A DNA stretch of 64,000 bases from positions 2,046,001 through 2,110,000 of the forward strand of contig CATNEN010000003.1 of assembly GCA_950097015.1 (NCBI GenBank), read 5' to 3'. The stretch comes from Macrostomum hystrix. Its lineage: Eukaryota > Animalia > Platyhelminthes. A model generated the notes under the pieces. It was given only the letters and a program-made list of their open reading frames with translations. It was not told where the DNA came from and did not search any database. Shown one piece after another: positions 1 to 12,749 of the stretch. The translations under genes were made by a program, and so were the position numbers. Position 1 is the first letter of the stretch. Each line of letters begins with the position of its first letter.

Positions 1-167
1 AAAGCAAAAAGCACAGAAAAGCAAGAAAAAGGAAGCCGGGAAAAGGCAAAAAAGAAAATTTCACACCACGCAGCGCGAAGAGACAAGGCTGGGCAGCACG
101 CGGGCGCCGGCTGAAATACGACCCAGCACAAGGCGGAGGGGTGGGTGTCTGGGGTGGGTGTTTACAA

Positions 168-200
168 CCAATCAGCGAACACCGATTGGACACATAAATA
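168..200 (+). promoter_or_regulatory. Putative plastin core promoter (CCAAT boxes plus TATA-like CATAAATA)
   Basis: AACCAATCAG at about 166-175, reverse ATTGG at 185-189, CATAAATA at 193-200. A candidate 5' UTR exon ends at donor AAG|GTAAAT (431/432), and acceptor TTCTCCAG (862) lies just before the ATG at 864. Confidence 0.45.
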
Positions 201-863
201 GAATTTTTCCTCTTTTGGAATTTCGTCATACGTTCATTGACATGTTGTGTGCTTGGAGATCTTGGAGATCTCTCTGTCGAAATAGAATTAAACTTTGTTT
301 CTTTTGAACTTCAAGTCAGAACGTGCGCGTCTCGATCTCAGGCTTTGTTTGGGCCATAGACTTCGGCCATGTACGGAATTAAATTTCCTTAGTGTGTTTC
401 TTTTAAACCAGACTCTTTTTCAAAATAGAAGGTAAATTTTGTTATTATTATGTTAATTATAGACTGGTTAGTTTAGCCGAAATATAGCTCGCGGCTTTTA
501 AATATTTAAACATAATTGACTGACTTAGCCGTTTTTTGTTCCTGTTATATAACAAATAGTTGCTTCTCTTTAGACAAAAAGTTATTTTTCTTTATTTTAA
601 ATTAGTACTGTCTTTTTCATTGTAAAACTGTTTGGGTGTAACTCTCCTTTTTAACTTTTGAACGTGGGTTACTTTAAACTGTCGTTGAAAGCAAAAAGGC
701 GTATAACTCATCTGTAAAAACTGTATTATCAGTTTATCAATAGCTATTGTCTTCGCAATATGCTTTAAATAGCTTTTTTATTTTTATTCGCTGTTCTTAT
801 TAACTTCTTATAGACTTAAGACACTGCTCACTTCAGAGATTTAACTAGTTTAGCTTCTCCAGC

Positions 864-3800
864 ATGGCGAACAGTGTCAATGATCTGCTTCCTGAGCAAT
901 TGGATGAGCTTGTTGCTACATTTACAACTGTAAGTTTTTGTTGCTTTTATTCATACCTACTAGGGCTCGGTCGTTCGTGAATTTTTGGTCGTGCGTGTTT
1001 TGTGATCGTGATTTTCTTCTTTCAATGGTTGACTAAATTAATTAATATCAAGATATAGGACTCATATTACATATATAATATAAAGTCATAATTAAATGTC
1101 ATTTATATATGACAGAATCAGTAAATCATACAATATAATATAATATCCAAAAATAAATGATTACAAATATAATTATATTATTTTTACTGTTATTGCTTAA
1201 ATGTCAAAGAAAAAATAAACTATTAATTTTATTACACCTATACATGTTACCTATCACCTACTGAATGAATGAGTCATAAGTAAATATGACTTTTCTTCTC
1301 TCGGTTCTGCTACACAACATATTTTTGTACTTGTGCCAAACTATAACTAAATAGCCAACAATTGTGCTTTAATTTGCATTTCGCAATTCTTCTCTCGATT
1401 CTGCTACACAACATCTTTTTGTGCTCGCGCCAAATGTCTTCATCCAAACAAAAAAGAAATCAACAATTGTGCATTGCTGCCATTTGTAAGTCGTGAGGCA
1501 AGTTGAACACTTCTGTCTTCCAAGATAGACAACCACGAAAGCAGATGGCCGCTTTGATTTCTTTATCTTTGTTTGGATTCTTTGTCCAGTGTTAATAAGT
1601 TGATCTCTTTGAGCCATCTAAAATTGAAAGGATTTGTACTGTAGATGTGCTATTTTATCAATAAAACAAAATTCTAGATTATAGTACTCGCATTTGGATT
1701 CCCGAAATTTCCATTAAAAAAGTATTGATGGGTCATGAAAAATGACAAAAAGTAGTAAAAAATCACGATGCAATTTTCAGGAGTAGGCCTAAGAAAAATC
1801 ACGACCATGATTCCATTGGTCATGAAATCACGAATTCCCTAATACCTACATGCAAAATAAAACATAGACCAAGTTCAAAGAGCCCATCTGTCTAATAGGT
1901 CCAGTCACAACTTGGCCTATCTACAAACTAGGCTCTGCTGTCTTGTCTCATTACTGCAGTTACTGGCCCTAGGTGTAGGGGCCCAGTAGTTTTGCAGTAG
2001 CCTTATGCTGATGAGCCAGCAAATTGTCGCCATGCTATTCTCATGCTATCCATATATCATGTATGGTAACATCAATGTCACACAGCTGGGCTGTAGGTAG
2101 GTCTTGATCTTAGATCATACTCATAGATGATATTATTAGTGCTCTTAACCTGCCATCCATTAAATAAAACAGGTAGGCTGAAAATTTCATCAAACAAGTA
2201 ATAATTTAACTCTACATGTTTGGAGATTGTAAAATATTTTAAAACTTAAAATATAATCCTATATATCCTATGGCTATAAAATCTTAATATTTCTCACAAT
2301 ATGAACTCCATAATTTTTTAAGTAATTTTATCATAGGGCCTGCAGTTTCTATTTTTGACATGGCCCCTATATAAACTTGTTAGTAAGCTAGGAGTTACAA
2401 TAATTTACTTTTTTACCTAGCCTATCTACTTAGTACAAACAAAAGATTAGAAAATGACTCTTTCCTTCACAATGCTGCAAGGCATGTAGCTATTATGTTC
2501 TGAATTTAGATTTGGCCTTTTAGCTTTAATCCTGAACATTCTGCACAAAATATGTAGCCAATGTTGAAATTTTTAATTGGGCCTAGCTTTGCAGCTAGTC
2601 ATTGTATGCTTTAAAAGCCATAAACATGTGCTGTCACCTGTCACTCTGTCAGCATGTTAGACACTTTAGAGTAGTCATAGTTACTTTAGAATACATTAGA
2701 TAGTCTTCTTATATTCAAAAATGTTTTTACATGAAGATAACTAAATTCTATATCTAAGAAAGAGTTAATTCCATTAATTCCATTAGTGGTAAAAATCAGT
2801 TTAAAAATGGTAAAGAATATGATTCAAAAAGGCTGTAATTAAAATTCTAAGATTAGAAACACATTTGCTTATTCATCAAAATCACAAATAAAAAATTAGT
2901 GAAATGACAAATTGTCTAAAATAGTAAGTAACGCTTATCCCCATTAAATAACTCTAAAATTGTGCACTTTTGAACTGGAATATTTTTAGCATAAGGCACA
3001 CCATTTTCTTGTCCAGTGACAAAAATGTACATATCAGCTTCCAGCTGAATTAGGGGTCCATGTAACATTTAGCTAATGTGAGATGATTTCAATGTGATAT
3101 TTTTATAGAAACAAATTCAAGATTATGGATTTATGTTTAAAGTACATACTTTAGTATATTTATTCAATTTTATGATAATATTTTGTGGTGTTTTGAATTG
3201 CAATGACAAAGTTGATTCGTTTTATTGCAGTTCATTAGTATCTTCATTTTTAGCAGATTGACATTTTTATAGAATACTTCATTTTAGTTACAATATAATA
3301 TGATCTATCTATCTATCTAGCATAATTTAGGTAAAGTTACTTGGAAATGTTTGTAGGTTGTTTGATGCCACGAAAATCAATCAATCAATAGATTCAGAGC
3401 GCTAAGGTAGCAGAGGGATAGAAAAGACAGACGAAAAGAAGATTCGATCGATATGCATACACAAGAGCTCGGTTAGAATCGTCCATTAGAGAGGCTTTAA
3501 TATGCGTGCAAGTGAAAGCTTAACTACTAAAAATGGTCAGTCCTGCTTGCTCTCTCCACGAAATCTATTAATATATATATAGCTGCTGTAGAACTAAAAA
3601 CTAACTAATGTGCGTCAGTACATGGATACAAAGCCATTTACTAGTCAGTTGAAATCGAAATGTGCATTGTTGCTAATCTGTAAAGAAAAAAATTCTTAGA
3701 GGGGTCAGGACTCGCAATTTAGAAATTTGTTTGCAAGTTTTTGATATGCGCAGAAGCACTCTAAATGAGAAGTGAAGCTTAGATTATATGGTAAAAGCTG

Positions 3801-6800
3801 GCTTATGATTTGTGTACTTTAATTGTTGTATAGCGTCGACAGGAATTCCAAAGTACAAGAAACATTTTATTTCATAATGTGTCCCGGCTAATTTAATTAA
3901 ATACTATCTTGAGAAATACTTTGGCAAAACTAAGCGATTGTGACTGCGGAATTGAGGGATTTTAAATCGAGGAATCGAAGGATTGGAAACTGAGGAATAG
4001 GAGGATTAGGAACTGAGGAATAGGAGGATTAGGAACTGAGGAATCGAAGGATTATGAACTGAGGAATCGAAGGATTAGGAACTGAGGAATTGGAGGATTA
4101 GGAACTGAGGAATTGGAGGATTAGGAACTGAGGAATCGAAGGATTGGGAACTGAGGAATCGAAGGATTGGGAACTGAGGAATCGAAGGATTATGAACTGA
4201 GGAATCGAAGGATTGGGAACTGAGGAATCGAAGGATTATGAACTGAGGAATCGAAGGATTGGGAACTGAGGAATCGAAGGATTAGGAACTGCGGAATTGG
4301 AGGATTAGGAACTGAGGAATTGGAGGATTAGGAACTGAGGAATCGAAGGATTGGGAACTGAGGAATCGAAGGATTATGAACTGAGGAATCGAAGGATTGG
4401 GAACTGAGGAATCGAAGGATTATGAACTGAGGAATCGAAGGATTGGGAACTGAGGAATCGAAGGATTATGAACTGAGGAATCGAAGGATTGGGAACTGAG
4501 GAATCGAAGGATTGGGAACTGAGACACAATAATTAAGCATATGCGAGTACTAATTAACATCAAACCTCGCTTCGTCATATTTCACTCAGTTGGACAGCAA
4601 CGGCAATGGCGTGATAGAATTTGAAGAGCTTCAAACCGCATTAGAGATTTGCGGCTTCAAGATGGCCCGCTATCAAGTACGAGATTTGGCCGAAAAGTAC
4701 GACGTTAAACAGCGCGACGGAATGATTGATTTCGAAGAATTTCGCGCCCTGTACAAAGAGTTGAGACAGTCGGACTTCGGCTCAAATCTGCACAGAATGG
4801 TGAAGTCTAGAAGTGATCTGATGACGCACGGCAGCAAGACTGGAGCTAATGATGTGAAGCACTCTGTTAGATTGGAAGAACAGGTGGCCTTCTCTGATTG
4901 GTTGAACAAAAATCTGTCAGCAGATCCCGATTGTCAAAGATATCTGCCGTTTGAATCAGACGGATCTGATCTGTATAAGAAATGCGACGATGGGATCATT
5001 CTCTGGTGAGTCTTGTCTATCATATGTGCAATCTCTATTCTCTGTGGGTTGAAAATTATCTCTTGTAGATTGCAAAGCCTTGTAAATTTCAAAATAATAC
5101 TAAGCCTACTACAAATCTTATTCAGCATTCAGCCTATCAGATCTGCAAGGGTGTGTTTGTTTCCTAGCTGAAATACAGAAAACTAGGCACCTTTAAGTTT
5201 TGGTGTTGCTAGAAGTCGGTATCAAATTTCTCGTGCTCAGTAGAGATTAAATATCTACGTTGGTTTTTTTTTGCATTTTAGCAGTCAAGTTTGTTGGTAG
5301 AAAGTTGCAGAAAATTGGCTTGGATTTGATTCTAGTTACGAATAGATAGGAACATACAAATAGTTATTTTGGCACGTCTGAATTTGCACTTGCGCCTTAA
5401 TGACAAGCTTACAGTAAAAAAATGGTGCAATATTGCTTGCGGACTTATTAGTTTCCCAACAAACATTCTTTTATATATTTTGAATGAATTTAACTCTGTA
5501 ACAAAGACAGCATATTAAAGTTTGTAAGGAGCAGAATGAAGTCAGGTATGAAGAGAGCGGTTAAATGTATAAAAGGAGCGGATTGATGAATGAAGGGAGC
5601 GGATTGATGAGTGAAGAGAGCGGATTGATGAATGAAGGGGGCGGATCAATGAATAAAAGGAGTGGATTGATAAATGAAGGGAGCGGATTGATGAATTAAG
5701 GGAGCGGATTGATGAACGAAGGGAGCGGATTGATGAATGAAGGGAGCGGATTGATGAACGAAGGGAGCGGATCGATGAATGAAGGGAGCGGATTGATGAA
5801 TTAAGGGAGCGGATTGATGAACGAAGGGAGCGGATTGATGAATGAAGGGAGCGGATTGATGAATTAAGGGAGCGGATTGATGAATGAAGGGAGCGAATTG
5901 ATGAATGAAGGGAGCGGATTGATGAATGAAGGGAGCGGATTGATAAATGAAGGGAGCGGATTGATGAATTAAGGGAGCGGATTGATGAATGAAGGGAGCG
6001 AATTGATGAATGAAGGGAGCGAATTGATGAATGAACGGAGCGGATTGATGAATGAAGGGAGCGGATTGATGAATGAAGGGAGCGGATTGATGAATGAAGG
6101 GAGCGGATTGATGAATGAAGGGAGCGGATTGATGAATTAAGGGAGCGGATTGATAAATGAATGGAGCGGATTGATGAATGAAGAGAGCGGATTGATGAAG
6201 GAAGGGAGCCGATCAATGAATAAAAGGAGTGGATTGAAAAATCAAAGCATCAAAATGTAAAAAAACATTTTACAAAGAAATTGGTTAAGCTATGCTACTG
6301 ATGCAGGTGAAATTTTCGTGAGAAATTTTAGTCTTTAAGCTTTTCTTTGAAATAAAAAAAATACATTTTCTTTCAATTTTTATTGCCTTGACTTCCACAC
6401 TAAGCTAGCTTGATTGCATTGTAACTTTCCATGGGAATCGGCCTTTTAAACTCAGCAGTTTGTATGTGTTTGTGTGAACCAAATCTCTTTAGAATTGCAC
6501 ACTGTCCGTGTGACAGAATGAGATATAAATTTCTCCCTCTAGCTTTCTGTCTGTCTGTACGTCGACCTTCTCAAATTTCACGGCGGAGAGTTGATTGTCT
6601 ATAAATGGTTCCAGTGCTTTGTAGGGGTGAGGATTGGAACGTATGCGATTATACCCAGTTCTATTTCGTCTCGTGTACATAATCTGCGCTCCTGATTGAA
6701 TCCATTCGTCGGTCGAGTTGTGGCTTGTCAATATCTCTTCTCTCCATTAAATTTTGCTTTCTCTTTCTCTAGGAGGCAAGTGTTACCCCCAGCACTGTCC

Positions 6801-9800
6801 AAAGCTTGGCTTACTGGCTAGCTTGTTGATTTTTTGGTCAGCTACTAACTTTTAATCCCATTTGATCATATGCTACCAAACATGACCTAGGGCAGAGCGG
6901 TCTAACGCATTTGCCTCTCGCGCCAAGGTCCGTGAGCTCGATTCCGCGGCGAGGCCACATTCATTTGTGGCGCAGCCGCTGAGAGAGAGCATTTTACGCC
7001 ATTGAGTGCCAACCTGCAAGGCGCAGTGAAAGTGTACACTCTCATGTACATGTACACACCTGTGTGAGTGTGCCTACCTACAGTATCTGTGTGCGTTTGT
7101 GTTCAGGAGTAAGCGAAATAAGCAGAAAATGGGCTGGCTGCGGGTCTAGTGTCACCAAATGATGTGCTATTGCCCACAGCCCTCCTGCAAATAATATTAT
7201 GGCATTGTACTTTAAAGAATGGATTCTTAGAAATTCTGCTTACTTTTTGCAACTGAAATACTGTCAGTTTCGTTGGTAAACTAACAAATTGTAGTGTTTA
7301 TAATTGCACCTGTTTTGAGTTTTTTGATTAATAATAGACGTTTTAAACAAAAAACTACGATGTCATCGGTGTTTGAAAAGAAATTCATAAGTTGCAAGCT
7401 CTTAGCCAACAAAACACTTTATAACTTTTTTTCTTTCTATTTCTATCTTGTTTTGTCAGTTATTAAACGTCCTTTATTAGAAGCGAATAGCAATGCTAGA
7501 CTAAACTATATAATAACATTTTATATATCACTCTTTTGGTTGCTTCTGCTGCTGCTGTTTCTGTCTGTTCTCAGTTTGCTTTTGAATTTCTATTTTTAGT
7601 AACATTTTGAACGCGTGTCTGCTTGAGCTATTGTGTACACATTTAAACTGAGAATTGTTTGCAGCTGAGATAACTAATGAATGTTATTATATGGTTGTCG
7701 CCTCCGACAGAATATTTAAAGTGGTCTTATCATAGTCACATTATTGAAGGACCAATTGAGGCAGTAGTGGTCTTATTACAGTCACATTATTGAAGGACCA
7801 ATTGAGGCAGTCGTGGTCTTATTACAGTCACATTATTGAAGGACCAATTGATGCAGTCGTGGTCTTATTACAGTCACATTATTGAAGGACCAATTGATGC
7901 AGTCGTGGTCTCATCATAGTCACTTTATTGAAGGACCAATTGATGCAGTCGTGGTCTCATCATAGTCACATTATTGAAGGACCAATTGATGCAGTCGTGG
8001 TCTCATCATAGTCACATTATTGAAGGACCAATTGATGCAGTCGTGGTCTCATCATAGTCACATTATTGAAGGACCAATTGATGCAGTCGTGGTCTCATCA
8101 TAGTCACTACTGAAGGACCAATCGAGGCAGTCGTGGTCTCATCATAGTCACACTACTGAAGGACCAATTGATGCAGTAGTGGTATTAGTTAGAATAAGTC
8201 AATATAAAATTTATCGGAGGACACAAGAAGCAGTTGACATTTTCTTTCAGTTCAAAAGTTGCATAAAGCTAAGTCAAACTGTGTTTATCAAGGTCAAACA
8301 AGCCTCTCTGTTTTGCTTCTCGTTGTCGGTTGTTAGGACGGGGGCGATGAAATATGGGAGGAATTTTGCTATCTATTTTTAGAAACATATATAAAGGATA
8401 GAAATAAAGATACCAGTAAAAGCCAGTTAAGTATTAAATTTTGTGATCAGGGCTTTTGAAGATCAATAATAATTCTCTCTGTGATTCTCTCTGCGATTAG
8501 TACCTCTCTGTGAAGCAGCCTACACAGTTTCTGTCCTTTTTCCGTCTAAATTAATAATAATGATTGATTACACCTGCCAAAATTTCGTCAAAGGTGAAGC
8601 CGAAAGCACAAATACCCTCAATTATTCCAGCTAATTTCGGGAAGTCGAGAATCGAACCCCGGACCTTCAGGTCATAATTTTGACGCCCACTAATTAGCTA
8701 TAACCCCTAACTGTCCCAAATTTGGATCTAGCTTCCACCACTGTGGATCTAGCTTCCATCTCTGTGGATCTAGCTTCCATCACTGTGGATCTAGCTTCCA
8801 CCACTGTGGATCTAGCTTCCACCACTGTTGCTCTAGCTTCCACCACTGTGGATCTAGCTTCCATCACTGTTGATCTAGCTTCCATCACTGTGGATATAGC
8901 TTCCACCACTGTGGATCTAGCTTCCATCACTGTGGATATAGCTTCCATCACTGTTGATCTAGCTTCCATCACTGTTGATCTAGCTTCCATCACTGTGGAA
9001 CTAGCTTCCATCACTGTGGAACTAGCTTATATCACTGTGAATATAGCTGTCATCACTGTAGGGTCAGCTTCTCAACCTAATATGATCCCTCTCGCCTCAA
9101 TTTTCCCACTGCCAGCAAGGTGATTAACATCGCCTCTCCGGGCACCATCGACGAACGCGTCCTAAACAAAGGCGACAAATTGTCGCTGTTCAAACGCAAC
9201 GAGAACATCACCCTGGCGTTGAACTCTGCTCAAAGCCTCGGCTGTGTTGTTGTCAGCATGGGCGCCTCCGAGGTTGTCGCCGGTACACAGCACCTCATCC
9301 TCGGATTGCTGTGGCAGATTATCAAAGTCGGCCTACTGGCTGATGTCAACTTGGCGGCTAACAGCGAACTTCGTGCTCTGTTCGGCAGCTCAGATGCCAG
9401 CATTGAAGACATTCGCTCGCTGGCGCCTGAGCAGCTCCTAATGAAGTGGGTGAATTATCACCTGGAACGGGCCGGCAGTCAGAAACGGATCGCCAATTTC
9501 AGCGATGATATTAAGGATAGCGAGGCCTACGCCTACCTACTGCAGCAGATTATGCCCAAGGAGAGCCGTAACGGCATGCACTCGGCTAGTGTAAGCTTCA
9601 CGCCTAGCTCAGTTTGTCACCATTTAATACTTTCGGAATGTTGCACTACTGTTAGAAGCGCTGTGTGAAATTTACCTAATAATTTGTTTAGAACATGTGG
9701 AGAAGAAGATAAGGACCCTGTGAGTGACAGAAGAGGAGTTCACGCGTTTGCCTCGCACCAAGGTCCCTGAGCTCGATTCCGCGGCGAGGCCACATTCATT

Positions 9801-12034
9801 TGGGGCGCAGCCGCGAAGAGAAGGCTTGGGGGCTTGTCGTGCAATTTACGACCTTGAGGGCCAACCTCCAAGGCACAGTGATAGTGTACACTGCCTGTGT
9901 GAACGTGTGCCAGTGTACGGTATCTGTGTGAGTGTGTGCTCAGGAGTCAGCGAAATGGGTAGAATTGCCTCCTGGCTGGCTGCGGGTCTAGTGTCACTAA
10001 ATGATGTGCCATTGCCCGCAGCGGTCCTGCAATTATTGATTTTTATTATCTATATAGAAAAGAATATTCTGCTGGTAGATAAGAGTCCAGGAAAGAATAT
10101 ATTTCTAGGATTTAAATATTATGCGCTTAGATAAATATAAGTTACATCTAGCTAAATTAGGAACTTAGGAGGATGTGGTAGCCAATTCAGTCCATGGACT
10201 GAACAGCAACATCTGTACACAGACTTTGGTCCAAGTGAGCTAGGTATAATTTCTATTTCATTCTCTTCTCTGTTTGGTTGAACCAAAGTGTGTGCTTTGA
10301 CTCGCAAAGATTCCAACAACCAATTGCCGCAGGACATCATGGCTCAACGCGAACGACTCTCGCGCGCCGAGTTGGTGCTTCAAAATGCGGAACTAGTCGA
10401 CGCCAGAGTGTTTGTACAACCGTCGGACATTGTGTCCGGCAATTCCAATCTCAACCTGGCATTTGTTGCCAACCTGTTTCACAAATTTCCTTCCCTACCC
10501 GAGGCCGGGGAGGACGGAGCCGAGGACGGAGTCGGCGCCAGCGGGGACGGCCACTCGCACGAGGACAATGCCGGGTTTTCAGATTTTCTAATCGACGAAA
10601 CACGCGAAGAGAAAACCTACCGGAACTGGATGAACTCGATGGGAGTGAATCCGCGGGTTAACTATCTGTATACCGACCTGCGCTCCGGCCTGACCCTGTT
10701 CTACCTGTACGACCTGATTCGGCCGGGCATTGTTAAATGGGCCAGGGTGCACAAAACGTTTCACAAGATGCGCGTCAATTTTGAACGATTAGAAAACTGC
10801 AACTACGCCGTGGAACTGGGCCGCCTAGTCGGCTTCAGTCTGGTCGGCATCGGCGGGGAGGACCTTCTTGAGGGCAATGTCACCCTGACACTGGCTCTAG
10901 TCTGGCAGCTGATGCGGGCTTACACTCTGGCCATCCTGACCAAACTGGCCGGCTCCGCGGCAGCCGGCAAGCGCATCGACGAGAAGGCCATCATCGCCTG
11001 GGCCAATGAACGGCTGCAGAGAGGCGGCAAGAGCTGTAAGCTGGCTTCCTTCCAGGATCCCAGCATCGCCGACGCCAGGTGCGTGTTGGACCTCATCGAC
11101 TGCCTGAGACCCGGCTCCGTGAACTATGCCAATGTGCTGGACGGCACCACCGAGGCTGTGAGTATAGTGGGTTTTAATAAGTATGCTCAAACGCTAGAAG
11201 CAATGTGAATATATTTTGCTTCTTTTTCATTAACAGTTAGCACTTCTTTTAGGAAAGAAAATATTTTCTGTCATTATATTTTTTGCTTTTGCTTTAATTA
11301 TTTCCTAACGTTACTTTATGATTTCTAGCTAAATTAACGAAACAATAATTTTAGCGCCATTCGTTACTCTTCACGGCCGTTAATAATAATAATAATAATT
11401 GCAAGAGGGCTGCGGAAAAGGGCTGAGGGCTACACTGGGAGATGTTCACACAGGTGTGTACATCTGCCCTGACTTTCTCATCGTCAGGCAGTGTACACTC
11501 TCATTGTACCTTGGAGGTTGGCCCTCAATGTCGTTAATTCCACGACAAGCCCCCAAGCCTTTTCTCTGCGGCTGGGCCCCAAAGAAATGTGGCCTCGACG
11601 CGGAATCGAGCTCAGGGACCTTGGTGCGAGAGGCAAACGCGTTAGACAGCTTTTATATGCAAAAATTAAAGAAAACATTGTTCTACTCAGTTTTGTTGCA
11701 AATAAGCACTTCTTATGAACCTGTTGCGTTGATCTCTCAGGACCGGCTTCAGAACGCCAAGCTGGCCATCAATCTTGGCTGGCGGGCAGGTGCCAAAATC
11801 TACGCCCTACCGGAGGACATTGTCGAAGTGAAGCCTAAAATGGTCATGACCATCTTCGCCTGTCTGATGCAGCTGGACTTTGAAGTTTCGCATCCAGCAC
11901 CCGGCTCTACTACTAACAATAGTAGTAAGGCAACAACACCCGTGTCAGCGTCTGGCTCGGCTGCCTCGGCTCATTCAGCATCCAGATCGTCTTCCTCGGC
12001 GGCTGACGATGCCTTCGCTTCGGCTTATCAGTGA
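864..12034 (+). CDS. PLS: Plastin/fimbrin actin-bundling protein (2 EF-hands + 4 CH domains), about 691 aa; join(864..929,4590..5005,9116..9590,10333..11157,11741..12034)
   Basis: All introns are GT..AG with matching phases (0,2,0,0). The junction 5005/9116 rebuilds DGIILCKVIN. Motifs seen: EF-hand [116 protein letters not shown]. Confidence 0.95.
961..1841. mobile_element. Non-autonomous hAT-superfamily DNA transposon in plastin intron
   Basis: Termini TAGGG...CCCTA, perfect 8-bp target-site duplication ATACCTAC (953-960 and 1842-1849), and subterminal TCGTG/CACGA motifs in inverted orientation at the two ends. Confidence 0.85.
3965..4523. repeat. 23-bp minisatellite (GGAACTGAGGAATCGAAGGATTG), about 24 copies
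   Basis: Direct tandem periodicity; ends about 65 nt before the acceptor at 4589. Confidence 0.95.
5555..6240. repeat. 21-bp minisatellite (GATTGATGAATGAAGGGAGCG), about 32 copies
   Basis: Tandem periodicity; it generates the spurious SIRSLHS ORF. Confidence 0.95.
6883..7200 (+). mobile_element. tRNA-derived SINE family A, copy 1
   Basis: A-box-like GGCAGAGCGG, B-box-like GCTCGATTCC, AT-rich tail; homologous to 9713-10050, 11381-11655(-) and 18305-18420. Confidence 0.8.
7720..8185. repeat. 46-bp minisatellite, about 10 copies
   Basis: Unit TGAAGGACCAATTGATGCAGTCGTGGTCTCATCATAGTCACATTAT repeated in tandem. Confidence 0.95.
8560..8708 (-). mobile_element. Degenerate tRNA-derived SINE head
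   Basis: Minus strand reads GGGGTTATAGCTAATTAGTGGGCGTC...GAAGGTCCGGGGTTCGATTCTCG, a B-box with tRNA-like spacing but no intact cloverleaf. Confidence 0.5.
8722..9060. repeat. 21-bp minisatellite (GTGGATCTAGCTTCCATCACT), about 16 copies
   Basis: Tandem periodicity; ends about 55 nt before the acceptor at 9115. Confidence 0.95.
9713..10050 (+). mobile_element. tRNA-derived SINE family A, copy 2
   Basis: Colinear with 6883-7200 (GCTCGATTCCGCGGCGAGGCCACATTCATTTG...GCTGGCTGCGGGTCTAGTGTCAC...CTGCAATTATT). Confidence 0.8.
11381..11655 (-). mobile_element. tRNA-derived SINE family A, copy 3 (inverted)
   Basis: Its reverse complement matches copy 2 closely over about 155 nt; the (ATT)n tail appears as (TAA)n at 11381-11399. 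Confidence 0.8.
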
Positions 12035-12749
12035 TTGATTTTTCTGTTTGATTGTAGGTAACTTATCGACTAGCTTTGCAAGCCCTGGTAGTATTTGATT
12101 ATATGTACCAATGGATTGACGGAATTTTTTTACATTATTGATCTCACATTATTATTTTACAATTATTGATTTATCGATTTATCGATCGCTTTTTTGATTA
12201 GTTGGTTAATTGATGTGTTCATCAGATACATATTAATGTGAAATTTTTTAGCATAATTATCTGTCTCTAATAATGTTGGCAAGCGACCCAGCGGTATCAA
12301 CTTCTTGTTAAACTTCTATTTCGTAAGTGTCTTACTTCATTTTTGTAGTTCGAATTGAAACAAAACCTGCGCACTATTTTGTGCCACGTGTCTCGTAAAT
12401 ACCGTGCTATATGGCTGTTCGATTGTCAATAATCTTTTTTTCTGCATTATTTTATTCTAGAAATTTTATTCTAACAGCGTCGGCTCGCACATCTTATCAA
12501 TATTTAAAGGGGTTTTGTCGCGCGTTCTCTTTTGTTTATGCTGACAGATTTAGGTTTTTTTACTATCGCTTTACTATCAAATACGAAATAATTAGCTAGT
12601 TTTCTGCTTTCATTTTTGTGTCTTCCCTGCGCGCTGACAGGCTAATGTTTTACGTAGGACTAGACTACAGGTACCAGCGATTTATTATTTTCTTTTCTTG
12701 TTCTTTCGTTGTTAATATTAGTATCCTGCAAACTTCAGTCATCTCTCAC

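Noticed and set aside
2008-2035. Possible hammerhead core CTGATGAG
   Set aside because: No downstream GAAA or convincing stems II/III.
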